Under the pieces are notes generated by a model. The model was given only the letters and a program-made list of their open reading frames with translations. It ran no database searches and was not told the DNA's origin. A stretch of DNA of 64,000 nt. It comes from Nitrosopumilus sp. (GTDB taxonomy: Archaea > Thermoproteota > Nitrososphaeria > Nitrososphaerales > Nitrosopumilaceae). Positions 20,534 to 27,941 of the stretch are shown here, piece by piece. The position numbers and the translations under genes were made by a program. Every line of letters starts with the position of its first letter. Position 1 is the stretch's first letter. The DNA lies in contig OZ242220.1 of assembly GCA_965206745.1 (NCBI GenBank), positions 640,001 to 704,000 on the forward strand. Reading direction: 5' to 3'.

Positions 20534-21045
20534 TCACAAGACAAGTCTTCTGAATTCATATCTTTATCAAAATCAAATCCGGATATCTGAGTTATGGTTG
20601 AATACGGGATGATTCCTAAAATTGGCATATCTGCACGTACAGCCACGATGAGCTGGTTGGGATCAAGCCTGATCGCTCCTCCGTCAAACTCAAAATCCAG
20701 CGTCATGAACAGATGCTGAGCTGCAGATAATGCTTCTGATGAAAATATTCCCTTTTGTATTGCCGATGATAGCGGGTTTATTGTGGATGGTTCTACTGAA
20801 AATGTACCTAAATCATTTCCTTCAAAATATGGAGTAATTTGTAATTTCTCAAAACTGATCCAAAACGGCATTGGATTGCAGAATTCCATCGTTCCATGGT
20901 TTGACATTGTAAAAAAACTGAATTGTCCTGGATTGTCCCATCTGTATTCTAACTGCTGCACTCCAAAGATACTCAGTCCTGAATGCGCAAATGGCAGTAT
21001 GATGAGGATGATTGCAATGATTGTGATGATTGAATGCCTGTTCAT
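20530..21045 (-). CDS. Hypothetical membrane-anchored protein
   Basis: N-terminal hydrophobic helix; coupled (ATGA) to the upstream ORF. Confidence 0.7.
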   Translation of the reverse strand: MNRHSIITIIAIILIILPFAHSGLSIFGVQQLEYRWDNPGQFSFFTMSNHGTMEFCNPMPFWISFEKLQITPYFEGNDLGTFSVEPSTINPLSSAIQKGIFSSEALSAAQHLFMTLDFEFDGGAIRLDPNQLIVAVRADMPILGIIPYSTITQISGFDFDKDMNSEDLSCD

Positions 21046-21701
21046 ATCTCCCTTTTCATTTCTTCTGGGAATCCGATGATGTTCCTTTCAAGCAAATTAT
21101 TTATGACTTTGGAAAATGTATCGTCTGATATTGCACCCTCCAGCCACCAAATTGCCACTATGGATACCCAATCTGGGATGTCAATTTCGTTCTTGTTGCT
21201 TTCATTAATTTCAAAGGGTATGTCTATTAGTCGTTTATCCACATCCCTTTGAATTGCATCTAAAAGGAATCCGTCTGAAATATATCCTGAAAGCCAACTA
21301 ATCATTATTTGCTTAATTGATCCTGAAAAGCAGATTGAATCTGATTCTACGAGTTCAAACTCTGCCGAATTTCTTGTTCCTGAATATTCCACACCTATGG
21401 TATATTTCCCTAGTGGAAATATTCCTGCCTCAAATGGTATTATTGATGGAATCGGATTTTGTAATTCTGTTATTGCTATTGGAATTGCACTGCTGCTTTT
21501 GCCTGATTCATCTATGATGTGAACTATTGCATGATCCCCTGTAACTTTAGAGACTTGAATTGTATAGAATAATTTTTCACAATAGCTGTACGTTGTTTTT
21601 TCCATTATTATCGACACTGTTGGCTCTGCATGAACTTGAGGCAAAAATGCCATAATTCCGATTACAAAAATTAACGACAATGTGAGCGTTTTGACTTTCA
21701 T
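21042..21701 (-). CDS. Secreted protein with thaumarchaeal IPxWV..WW.EG.ISD..F C-terminal module
   Basis: Signal peptide; IPDWVSIVAIWWLEGAISDDTF. Confidence 0.75.
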   Translation of the reverse strand: MKVKTLTLSLIFVIGIMAFLPQVHAEPTVSIIMEKTTYSYCEKLFYTIQVSKVTGDHAIVHIIDESGKSSSAIPIAITELQNPIPSIIPFEAGIFPLGKYTIGVEYSGTRNSAEFELVESDSICFSGSIKQIMISWLSGYISDGFLLDAIQRDVDKRLIDIPFEINESNKNEIDIPDWVSIVAIWWLEGAISDDTFSKVINNLLERNIIGFPEEMKREI

Positions 21702-21785
21702 CTTTTTTAGATCTCTTATCGTTCAATAAAAATCTCAAAAAGCAGGCATTGAGAAATCCTTTTTAATGACTTGAACCTAATTATC

Positions 21786-22174
21786 TTATCGAGTTTTCTG
21801 CGAAAGCAAATTCTTTGGGTGTGAGACTTGTAATCTCCGCTCAAGGACATCTTCATTGATCAGTGTTCTTTGGGTATGATTTATGGCCAGAAAGTCTCTG
21901 ATTATAATTGATGAAAATCTAATTACTTGCAGACTCTATTAATTACAGTATGTCATATTTATGACAACATTATTCTTGAGAAATTCTGTATGGCACAGCA
22001 GTTTATGATGAACTCGGATAATCAACAAGCCAAGCCTCTATCTGAGAGACAGGTGAAACCTATTTTTGTCGACTGTATCACAATTATGGGATTAAGAAAG
22101 GCGCATCTTCAAAATTCCCATAATGTCAATCGTGACACAATCACCAAACGCAGTAATGGCAATTTGATTGAGGC
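21786..22174 (+). ncRNA. Candidate large structured non-coding RNA (~390 nt, unidentified)
   Basis: Two long-range closing helices plus at least 6 local hairpins, GAAA tetraloops and G-U pairs on + strand; TATA-like TTTTTAAT about 20-25 nt upstream. Confidence 0.6.
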
Positions 22175-22240
22175 CATCTTTGTAGCATCAAAAACTGTTT
22201 GAACATTTCAGTTATTAAAGGGGATTTTTCTATTCCTGAT

Positions 22241-22696
22241 ATGCCTAGTTATCAGGATCAAACGTGGATAAGGCTGTGGAAAGAAAATTCCCCTGAAATA
22301 CGTCAACGTGTTGTCGGATGGCGTAAGGAAAATGCAGTTACCCGTATTGACAAGCCAAGTAGATTACAAAGGGCCAGGAGGTTGGGCTACAAGGCAAAAC
22401 AAGGCATCATTGTAGTTAGAATGCGTGTTGGTACCGGTGGTATGAGAAAACAAAGACCCACTGGTGGTAGAAGACCAAAACATCTTGGCGTTACAAGAAT
22501 TAAAGCCGATGATAGTATGAAAACTGTTGCAAATAGAAGGGTTGTTCAAAGGTATCCAAATATGAAACTTTTAGGTTCTTACTTTGTCTATAAGGATGGT
22601 AAACATTATTGGTTTGAAGTTATTTTGGCAGATCCAGATCACCCCCGAATTGCTCAGGATAAAGAATTAACTAAAAGAATTCCTAGAACGGCATAA
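22241..22696 (+). CDS. rpl15e: 50S ribosomal protein L15e
   Basis: RARRLGYKAKQG, YPNMKLLGSY, KHYWFEVILADPDHP; TATA-like TTATTAAA at 22212-22219. Confidence 0.96.
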   Translation: MPSYQDQTWIRLWKENSPEIRQRVVGWRKENAVTRIDKPSRLQRARRLGYKAKQGIIVVRMRVGTGGMRKQRPTGGRRPKHLGVTRIKADDSMKTVANRRVVQRYPNMKLLGSYFVYKDGKHYWFEVILADPDHPRIAQDKELTKRIPRTA

Positions 22697-22697
22697 A

Positions 22698-23267
22698 TTG
22701 AAAGCCTTACCTTTGGTATTTGTTGTACTGTTTTTTGTATTAACTCCTGCACATGGGCTATTATCTGATGCCACTGGGTTGATAAATCGACTGGATATTC
22801 AAACTGGAGGCCATTCATTTGAAGTTAAGGTTGTCTCTAATTTTGACATATCTGATTTTGAGTTTGATAACGATGAGAAAAGATTAACTCTTCACATCAC
22901 AAGTGGGTTGGAGGACAACCTAGGGGAGATACTTATCCCACAGAGTCTTTTGGGTGGGAATTTCACATTTTATCTCAATGATCAAGAATATTTTCCTTTG
23001 GTAAATACAAGTGATGAAATTTCATTCATAACATTAAATTTTGTTGGATCTGGAGATCACTTGTTAGATATTATTGGAACCATTTACCTGTCGGGCTTGG
23101 CTGATGAGGATAAAATAGATGAAAACATCCCAGAACCCCGACAAAACACGTACGCTACTGCTGACTATTCTATCTGGGTTGTCTTGGCAGTATTGCTGAT
23201 AATAGTTGCAGCATATGTTGTAATGGTAATTAGGAAAAGAAATCAAGCAAAGATTGCTGACAAATAA
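22698..23267 (+). CDS. Hypothetical secreted, C-terminally anchored protein
   Basis: Signal peptide, beta-rich acidic domain, C-terminal TM + basic tail; TTG start. Confidence 0.75.
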   Translation: MKALPLVFVVLFFVLTPAHGLLSDATGLINRLDIQTGGHSFEVKVVSNFDISDFEFDNDEKRLTLHITSGLEDNLGEILIPQSLLGGNFTFYLNDQEYFPLVNTSDEISFITLNFVGSGDHLLDIIGTIYLSGLADEDKIDENIPEPRQNTYATADYSIWVVLAVLLIIVAAYVVMVIRKRNQAKIADK

Positions 23268-23268
23268 C

Positions 23269-23349
23269 ATGGATAATGCAAAAATTGCCTTGATTGGAGG
23301 ATTTGTTTCAGTGGTAGTGCTGTCTGCAGTGTTGTTTTTTGTCAGATGA
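23269..23349 (+). CDS. 26-aa single-TM micro-protein
   Basis: MDNAKIALIGGFVSVVVLSAVLFFVR; starts 1 nt after the previous stop and fills the gap to the next gene. Confidence 0.5.
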   Translation: MDNAKIALIGGFVSVVVLSAVLFFVR

Positions 23350-23350
23350 T

Positions 23351-24016
23351 CTAGTCCTCACCAATTAATTTCTGAATCAATCTCTCTACATGACCTGATT
23401 GTCCAAATGATACGTCTCTGAGAACTCCTTTCCTGTCCACCACTATCATGGAGGGTGTGCCCTGTAAGGCAAATTTCTCAAATGTTTCGGCCGAGTATTC
23501 TTTGGATCTCATATAATTTTTCACTTTTTCAATGATTTGATTTTTGTATTCGTCTGGTTGAGAATCAAATTCTGGAATTTGTGGATAGATAAATTCCATT
23601 ATTTTTTCCTGACTAATCTCCCCTGAAGTTTTTGCAAGATTGTCCATTGCTAATGGAAATGGAATTTTAAATGATAGCTTGTTTCCATCTTGTAGCTGGC
23701 CATGTGACGAGAGTGCGTCTTTTGTTTCTCCAATGACCTCTCCCGTTTCAGCAAGCATTCTCAGATTCTCTAGTGTATTTTTATCAAAATCTTCAAAAGC
23801 AGTAGCCAGACCCAGGACTCTAACTCCTTGGTCCTTGTATTTGTTGTAGATGCTGATTGCCTCAGGAATTGCATGCATGAAACATCCTGGGCAATTCACC
23901 TGGAATACTTCTAAGAGCACAATGTGATCTTTTTCTTGATCAAAGTTTGTTGGGGCTCCCTGAACCCATTCTGAGACCCCGAAATTTGGTGCTTTTTGAC
24001 CTATTTTTACACTCAT
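23351..24016 (-). CDS. Thioredoxin-fold redoxin (TlpA/AhpC-TSA-like)
   Basis: IGQKAP, FQVNCPGC, GTPSMIVVDRKG. Confidence 0.85.
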   Translation of the reverse strand: MSVKIGQKAPNFGVSEWVQGAPTNFDQEKDHIVLLEVFQVNCPGCFMHAIPEAISIYNKYKDQGVRVLGLATAFEDFDKNTLENLRMLAETGEVIGETKDALSSHGQLQDGNKLSFKIPFPLAMDNLAKTSGEISQEKIMEFIYPQIPEFDSQPDEYKNQIIEKVKNYMRSKEYSAETFEKFALQGTPSMIVVDRKGVLRDVSFGQSGHVERLIQKLIGED

Positions 24017-24114
24017 GACTAATTATTGGGTTTTTCCATTAAATAGATACCTCAACTGATTACCGATTTTTTCTCAAGTAACCTAATATAGGACATAAAA
24101 AATTTCAAAACAAA

Positions 24115-24603
24115 ATGCAGGCAATTACTGAAGATCGACTGGCACTTTTTGCAGAGATGGAATCAAAATATGAGCAAAAAGATACCGCGTATTTTGTTTC
24201 ACTTTTAGACCATCCCGATTATGTGGTAAGAACTAGGGTTGCATGTATTTTGGTTGATTTTGGAGGGGAAGATAAGATTCCTCACATTGCCAAAGTCTTG
24301 AAAAATGATGAAAATGAGCTAGTACGCCATGAGGCCGCTTTTGCATTGGGACAGATGTCCTATTCAAGTGCAATTCCGCCTTTGACTGATGCGACCCTCA
24401 ATGACTCAAGTATGTTTGTACGTCATGAGGCCGCAATAGCTTTGGGTGTTGTAGGCTCTAGAGAAGCAAAAGAAACCCTTCAAAAGGCACTAAATGATCC
24501 TGAAAAACCAGTCGTAGAGTCTGCAGTTGTTGCATTATCTAATATTGAATTTATGGAAAAATTAAGTAAGAATGAGAAATTTGCAAAGTTGACAGGTGGA
24601 TGA
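24115..24603 (+). CDS. HEAT/PBS-lyase repeat protein
   Basis: Repeated VRHEAAxALG. Confidence 0.85.
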   Translation: MQAITEDRLALFAEMESKYEQKDTAYFVSLLDHPDYVVRTRVACILVDFGGEDKIPHIAKVLKNDENELVRHEAAFALGQMSYSSAIPPLTDATLNDSSMFVRHEAAIALGVVGSREAKETLQKALNDPEKPVVESAVVALSNIEFMEKLSKNEKFAKLTGG

Positions 24604-25054
24604 GATGAATTTTTCTTATGGCATTATAGGTATAGTTGGAGTATTAGCTGCAATATCAATTGGATTCATAGCAATAGACCCTACTGATGTTATTGAACCA
24701 AGAGATGTATCGCCCTCTCCACTTGTACCGGCACCTGACCCAATACCTGAACCGACACCTCCTATAGTTTTAATTCCTGCAGGTTCCGGAGTTCCAGGTT
24801 GTGATGAGACTGACGAGTGCTACCTGCCGTATGAAATCACTGTACCTGCAAGTACGACCGTATTTTGGACTAATGATGATTCCACTGTTCACACCGTAAC
24901 TAGCAAATCTGCTTCAGATACGGGTGTTCCCATCTTTGATTCTGGAATAATTAGTTCTGGCTCTGATTACGAGTTTACATTTAACGATGCAGGATCTTTT
25001 GATTATTATTGCATAGTTCATCCTTGGATGATTGGCATCGTTGATGTGCAATAA
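24596..25054 (+). CDS. Membrane-anchored blue copper (plastocyanin-like) protein
   Basis: N-terminal TM, WTNDDSTVHTVT, YYCIVHPWM type-1 Cu ligands. Confidence 0.9.
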   Translation: MDEMNFSYGIIGIVGVLAAISIGFIAIDPTDVIEPRDVSPSPLVPAPDPIPEPTPPIVLIPAGSGVPGCDETDECYLPYEITVPASTTVFWTNDDSTVHTVTSKSASDTGVPIFDSGIISSGSDYEFTFNDAGSFDYYCIVHPWMIGIVDVQ

Positions 25055-25112
25055 TTTGTCCTGAAATAAAGAAATACTGTTAATCGTGTTTGTCACCTGC
25101 TTGTCTTGAAAT

Positions 25113-25307
25113 CTACTCTTCCCTTTGTCCCCATTCATGATGGCAGTTGTTGCACATCCATTTTGGATCATGATCCGTTACTAGACATCCTCCTAAAATG
25201 ATCTCTCTTCTTTCTATCTGCTCTTCTATCTCTTTATCAAACCCTCTGTAGCCCCAAATAATTTCTGCAATCCATTCTTTGTTGCAGTTTGGACAATTCA
25301 TTGTCAT
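25113..25307 (-). CDS. Small zinc-ribbon protein
   Basis: CPNC...IIWGY...LGGC...PKWMCNNC; purine-rich GGGAGAG before the ATG at 25307. Confidence 0.7.
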   Translation of the reverse strand: MTMNCPNCNKEWIAEIIWGYRGFDKEIEEQIERREIILGGCLVTDHDPKWMCNNCHHEWGQREE

Positions 25308-25468
25308 CTCTCCCTTAACCTGTTCATCTCGTTTCCGTCTTCTGTTGCCTTCCATTTGAAAGTCTCAAACGTTTTTCTGTGATATTCTAGACGAGTTTGT
25401 GCCCTTTGCACCTCTTCTCCTTGATCTTCTTTTGCAAGAGACAAGGGAAGGGGATGTGCTGATTTCAT
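25304..25468 (-). CDS. Hypothetical 54-aa protein
   Basis: Starts directly after the upstream TAG; its TGA overlaps the next ATG; no recognisable motif. Confidence 0.35.
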   Translation of the reverse strand: MKSAHPLPLSLAKEDQGEEVQRAQTRLEYHRKTFETFKWKATEDGNEMNRLRER

Positions 25469-25588
25469 CTAGTTTTCTCCGTAGAACATTGGCTGCTCGT
25501 CTCGCTCATCTTCGAACTCTCGAATTATTCTAGGATAAAAAGAAGGCCTAGAATCTGATTCGTTTTTTTGAATGGTGTTTTGTTTCAT
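25469..25588 (-). CDS. Acidic micro-protein copy 1 (39 aa)
   Basis: MKQNTIQKNESDSRPSFYPRIIREFEDERDEQPMFYGEN; paralogue at 35560-35646 with synonymous changes. Confidence 0.75.
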   Translation of the reverse strand: MKQNTIQKNESDSRPSFYPRIIREFEDERDEQPMFYGEN

Positions 25589-25608
25589 ATATTGACTCAG
25601 TTTCTTAG

Positions 25609-25650
25609 ATTATTATGATCCATGTCAATAGTATGCATACTTTACATACT
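25609..25650. promoter_or_regulatory. 42-bp promoter/operator element, copy A
   Basis: ATTATTATGATCCATGTCAATAGTATGCATACTTTACATACT; palindrome AGTATGCATACT at 25630-25641. Confidence 0.8.
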
Positions 25651-25698
25651 AATAATTATGATGATACAATAAAATATGAACGCATTCTAAATTATCAC

Positions 25699-26247
25699 GT
25701 GGCAAATTATTATCTGGATATTGAGACTGACGGCCTTGATGAGGTCCAAAACAGGATAATTTCTATCCAATACGCAGAACTTGAGCGTGGAACCGGCAGG
25801 CAGTTAGGCGAATTAACCATCCTCAAAGAATGGGAACTGGGGGAAAAAGAGATGCTTCGACGATTCATTGAAGAATCCTCGATCACTAACAGTTACTCAT
25901 TTGATTTCGTTCCGGTTGGATACAATTTAGAATTTGAGCACAAATTCCTACTTGAAAAATCTTCAAAGTATGATCTGGCTCCAATCTCCATTACGTCTAG
26001 ACCTTGCATTGATTTGAAAAGTATTGGAATCTTGATGAACAAGGGAGAATTTAAGGGTTCAGGACTTGACAAGCTAACTGGCAAGTCTCACAGCGGAATG
26101 CCAATCATTCATTGGTATGATGTAAAAAAATACGATGAGATTGAAAATTATATCCGACAGGAAACTGAGGAATTTATAAAATGGTATGTTTGGTTACATC
26201 AGGAACTACCTGAGTTGAGAACAAAATGGCAAACTGAGTCAAATTAG
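25699..26247 (+). CDS. Stand-alone RNase H-like/DEDD 3'-5' exonuclease domain protein
   Basis: YYLDIETDG (Exo I), VGYNLEFE (Exo II-like), IENYI (Exo III-like); GTG start preferred over 25615. Confidence 0.75.
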   Translation: MANYYLDIETDGLDEVQNRIISIQYAELERGTGRQLGELTILKEWELGEKEMLRRFIEESSITNSYSFDFVPVGYNLEFEHKFLLEKSSKYDLAPISITSRPCIDLKSIGILMNKGEFKGSGLDKLTGKSHSGMPIIHWYDVKKYDEIENYIRQETEEFIKWYVWLHQELPELRTKWQTESN

Positions 26248-26985
26248 AAATTCTGCAGCGTTCTGCCCCTCCTCTGTGATTTTTATCCAGCGGTTTCTTC
26301 CAATCTTTTCAATCTCGATGAATTTCCAATCTTTTTCTAACGGCGCTATGATGTTTTTGTCAAGACTTGCAAATCTTGCCTGTGAGTGATTCCTCTCCTC
26401 TGAGTTTATTGTGATGATTCCCTGCTCCTCTGCAATTTTTGCCATTTCTTTTTTTGTTATCTTTTGATCCTTCTGCTCTGAGATGATTTTCAGTGCTGCA
26501 AGCAGTTTCGGCTTTGGAGTTTGAATCTCGTATGTTGGAAGTGCAATGGTGTCTCTGACCCCAAATGACTGCTGTTTTCCTTCAAACGCCGCATATTTTT
26601 CAGGCTGTGCATAAAATGGTTTTAGATTGTCACAGTTTTTTAAAACCATGCATGCCATCATGCATGCAATTGCTTGAATTTTAGAGCCTGATGCAACATT
26701 GACATAGATGTAGTTGTTTTTCTCATCCTCAATGATGTCCTTGATTGATTTTATCACTTTGAATATGCTCAGTCTGTCCGAATATGCGATCTTTATCTCC
26801 ACCCCTATCTTTTTGCATTCTTTTTTTATTTTCTCCATATACGGTGTGGATAGATCACTTGAGCGATTATCATGAACCAGTAACCACAATTTGTCAGCCT
26901 TTGTCTGCTTGAGAGGGATGGTGATCCTGTCTACTTCAAAGCCCAAGGGGGCAATGTGTACTCGAAATGTGGCCAAATTAGTCAT
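26239..26985 (-). CDS. DUF6293/HFX_2341-type transcriptional regulator (CARF-like Rossmann + winged helix)
   Basis: RVHIAPLGFEVDRI, YVNVASGSKI, FYAQPEKY, C-terminal wHTH ending IEKIGRNRWIKITEEG. Confidence 0.78.
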   Translation of the reverse strand: MTNLATFRVHIAPLGFEVDRITIPLKQTKADKLWLLVHDNRSSDLSTPYMEKIKKECKKIGVEIKIAYSDRLSIFKVIKSIKDIIEDEKNNYIYVNVASGSKIQAIACMMACMVLKNCDNLKPFYAQPEKYAAFEGKQQSFGVRDTIALPTYEIQTPKPKLLAALKIISEQKDQKITKKEMAKIAEEQGIITINSEERNHSQARFASLDKNIIAPLEKDWKFIEIEKIGRNRWIKITEEGQNAAEFLI

Positions 26986-26986
26986 T

Positions 26987-27028
26987 AGTATCTATAGTAT
27001 GCATACTATTGTCATGTTATATAATAAT
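26987..27028. promoter_or_regulatory. 42-bp promoter/operator element, copy B (inverted relative to A and C)
   Basis: Reverse complement ATTATTATATAACATGACAATAGTATGCATACTATAGATACT; lies between divergent regulator and PIN genes. Confidence 0.82.
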
Positions 27029-27048
27029 TTTCAAGTCTAGGATATACT

Positions 27049-27468
27049 ATGACTCAAATCCAAAACATAGCCCTTGACTCCTGCGTCGTAATTGACATCA
27101 TGGAGAAACAAAAAGTTGCCTTGAGACTCAAAGCCTGTCTCCGAGGCAAATCCGTCAAAATCATTCTCTGTGATGTGGTATTAGATGAAGTAAGGAAGGT
27201 TCGCGGTTACTTGCCTGAAAAGGTGATCGCTAGAATCTCCATTCTTTTAGGACGAAAAATAGAACTCTTTGAAGCTAGCGACTCTGATGCTGCATCTGCT
27301 AAAGCAATAACTGCGCAATTTCAAATTTGTCACAACGGTGACAACAAAATCCTGAGTCTGTGTCAGGCAAAAGACTTTGTCCTAGTGACATTTGATAGGA
27401 TGCTTCTCAAGTCAAGTCAGTTCGTTGGCATTGCAGCATTTCATCCTTCAATGGCGGGAGGAATCTAA
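27049..27468 (+). CDS. PIN-domain ribonuclease
   Basis: IALDSCVVID, VLDEV, GDNKIL, LVTFDRML acidic PIN residues. Confidence 0.85.
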   Translation: MTQIQNIALDSCVVIDIMEKQKVALRLKACLRGKSVKIILCDVVLDEVRKVRGYLPEKVIARISILLGRKIELFEASDSDAASAKAITAQFQICHNGDNKILSLCQAKDFVLVTFDRMLLKSSQFVGIAAFHPSMAGGI

Positions 27469-27570
27469 ATGAACAACTGCACAAAATGTAAAAATCTGTC
27501 TGTAATTGCAGCAAATTGGTCATGCTGTAAAAATATCCTGGATTTGGGGTTTAGGGGGTTTTTATCATAA
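27469..27570 (+). CDS. 33-aa Cys-rich micro-protein
   Basis: MNNCTKCKNLSVIAANWSCCKNILDLGFRGFLS; begins directly after the PIN stop, and its TAA overlaps the next ATG. Confidence 0.5.
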   Translation: MNNCTKCKNLSVIAANWSCCKNILDLGFRGFLS

Positions 27571-27878
27571 TGAAAAATACAGAAAAATCATCTGATTCTC
27601 ACAAAAAGAGCATGTCAGAGGCTTTTGTCAATTCCTTTGGCAGCTATCCTATTGGATACGGCTTGGGAGTGGTGATTCTGCCCCTGTCTGTGGGATGGAT
27701 TCAGGAAGACCCATTCACTGCAAACATTGCAATCACTGCCGTCTATGCTACAGTCTCCTTTGGCAGGAGTTATTTTTATCGAAGAGTGTTTGAGAGGTTT
27801 GGAATTGATGATAATTTCATTCGATTAGGCATCAAAGGACTCTTGAAATTAAAACGCGCGTTGATTTGGAGACGGTAA
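27570..27878 (+). CDS. Small two-TM membrane protein
   Basis: KKSMSEAFVN...two hydrophobic helices...SFGRSYFYRRVFE. Confidence 0.7.
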   Translation: MKNTEKSSDSHKKSMSEAFVNSFGSYPIGYGLGVVILPLSVGWIQEDPFTANIAITAVYATVSFGRSYFYRRVFERFGIDDNFIRLGIKGLLKLKRALIWRR

Positions 27879-27941
27879 AGTTGGATAAAGCTCATAATTT
27901 TATAAATGTCCATTCTTTGAATTTGTTTAGTAGGTGCTTAA

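Noticed and set aside
21786-22174. Identification as RNase P RNA, SRP RNA or tRNA-Thr
   Set aside because: No GAGGAAAGUCC/ACAGAA P4 pair and no SRP helix-8 motif seen; the CTTGTAA loop resembles a Thr anticodon loop but has no D/T arms or acceptor stem
21927-22202. 91-aa ORF in the track
   Set aside because: TTG start, no protein-like motif, and it overlaps the base-paired region
25615-25698. N-terminal extension of the exonuclease given in the ORF track
   Set aside because: It would translate the operator itself; GTG at 25699 directly precedes the Exo I motif
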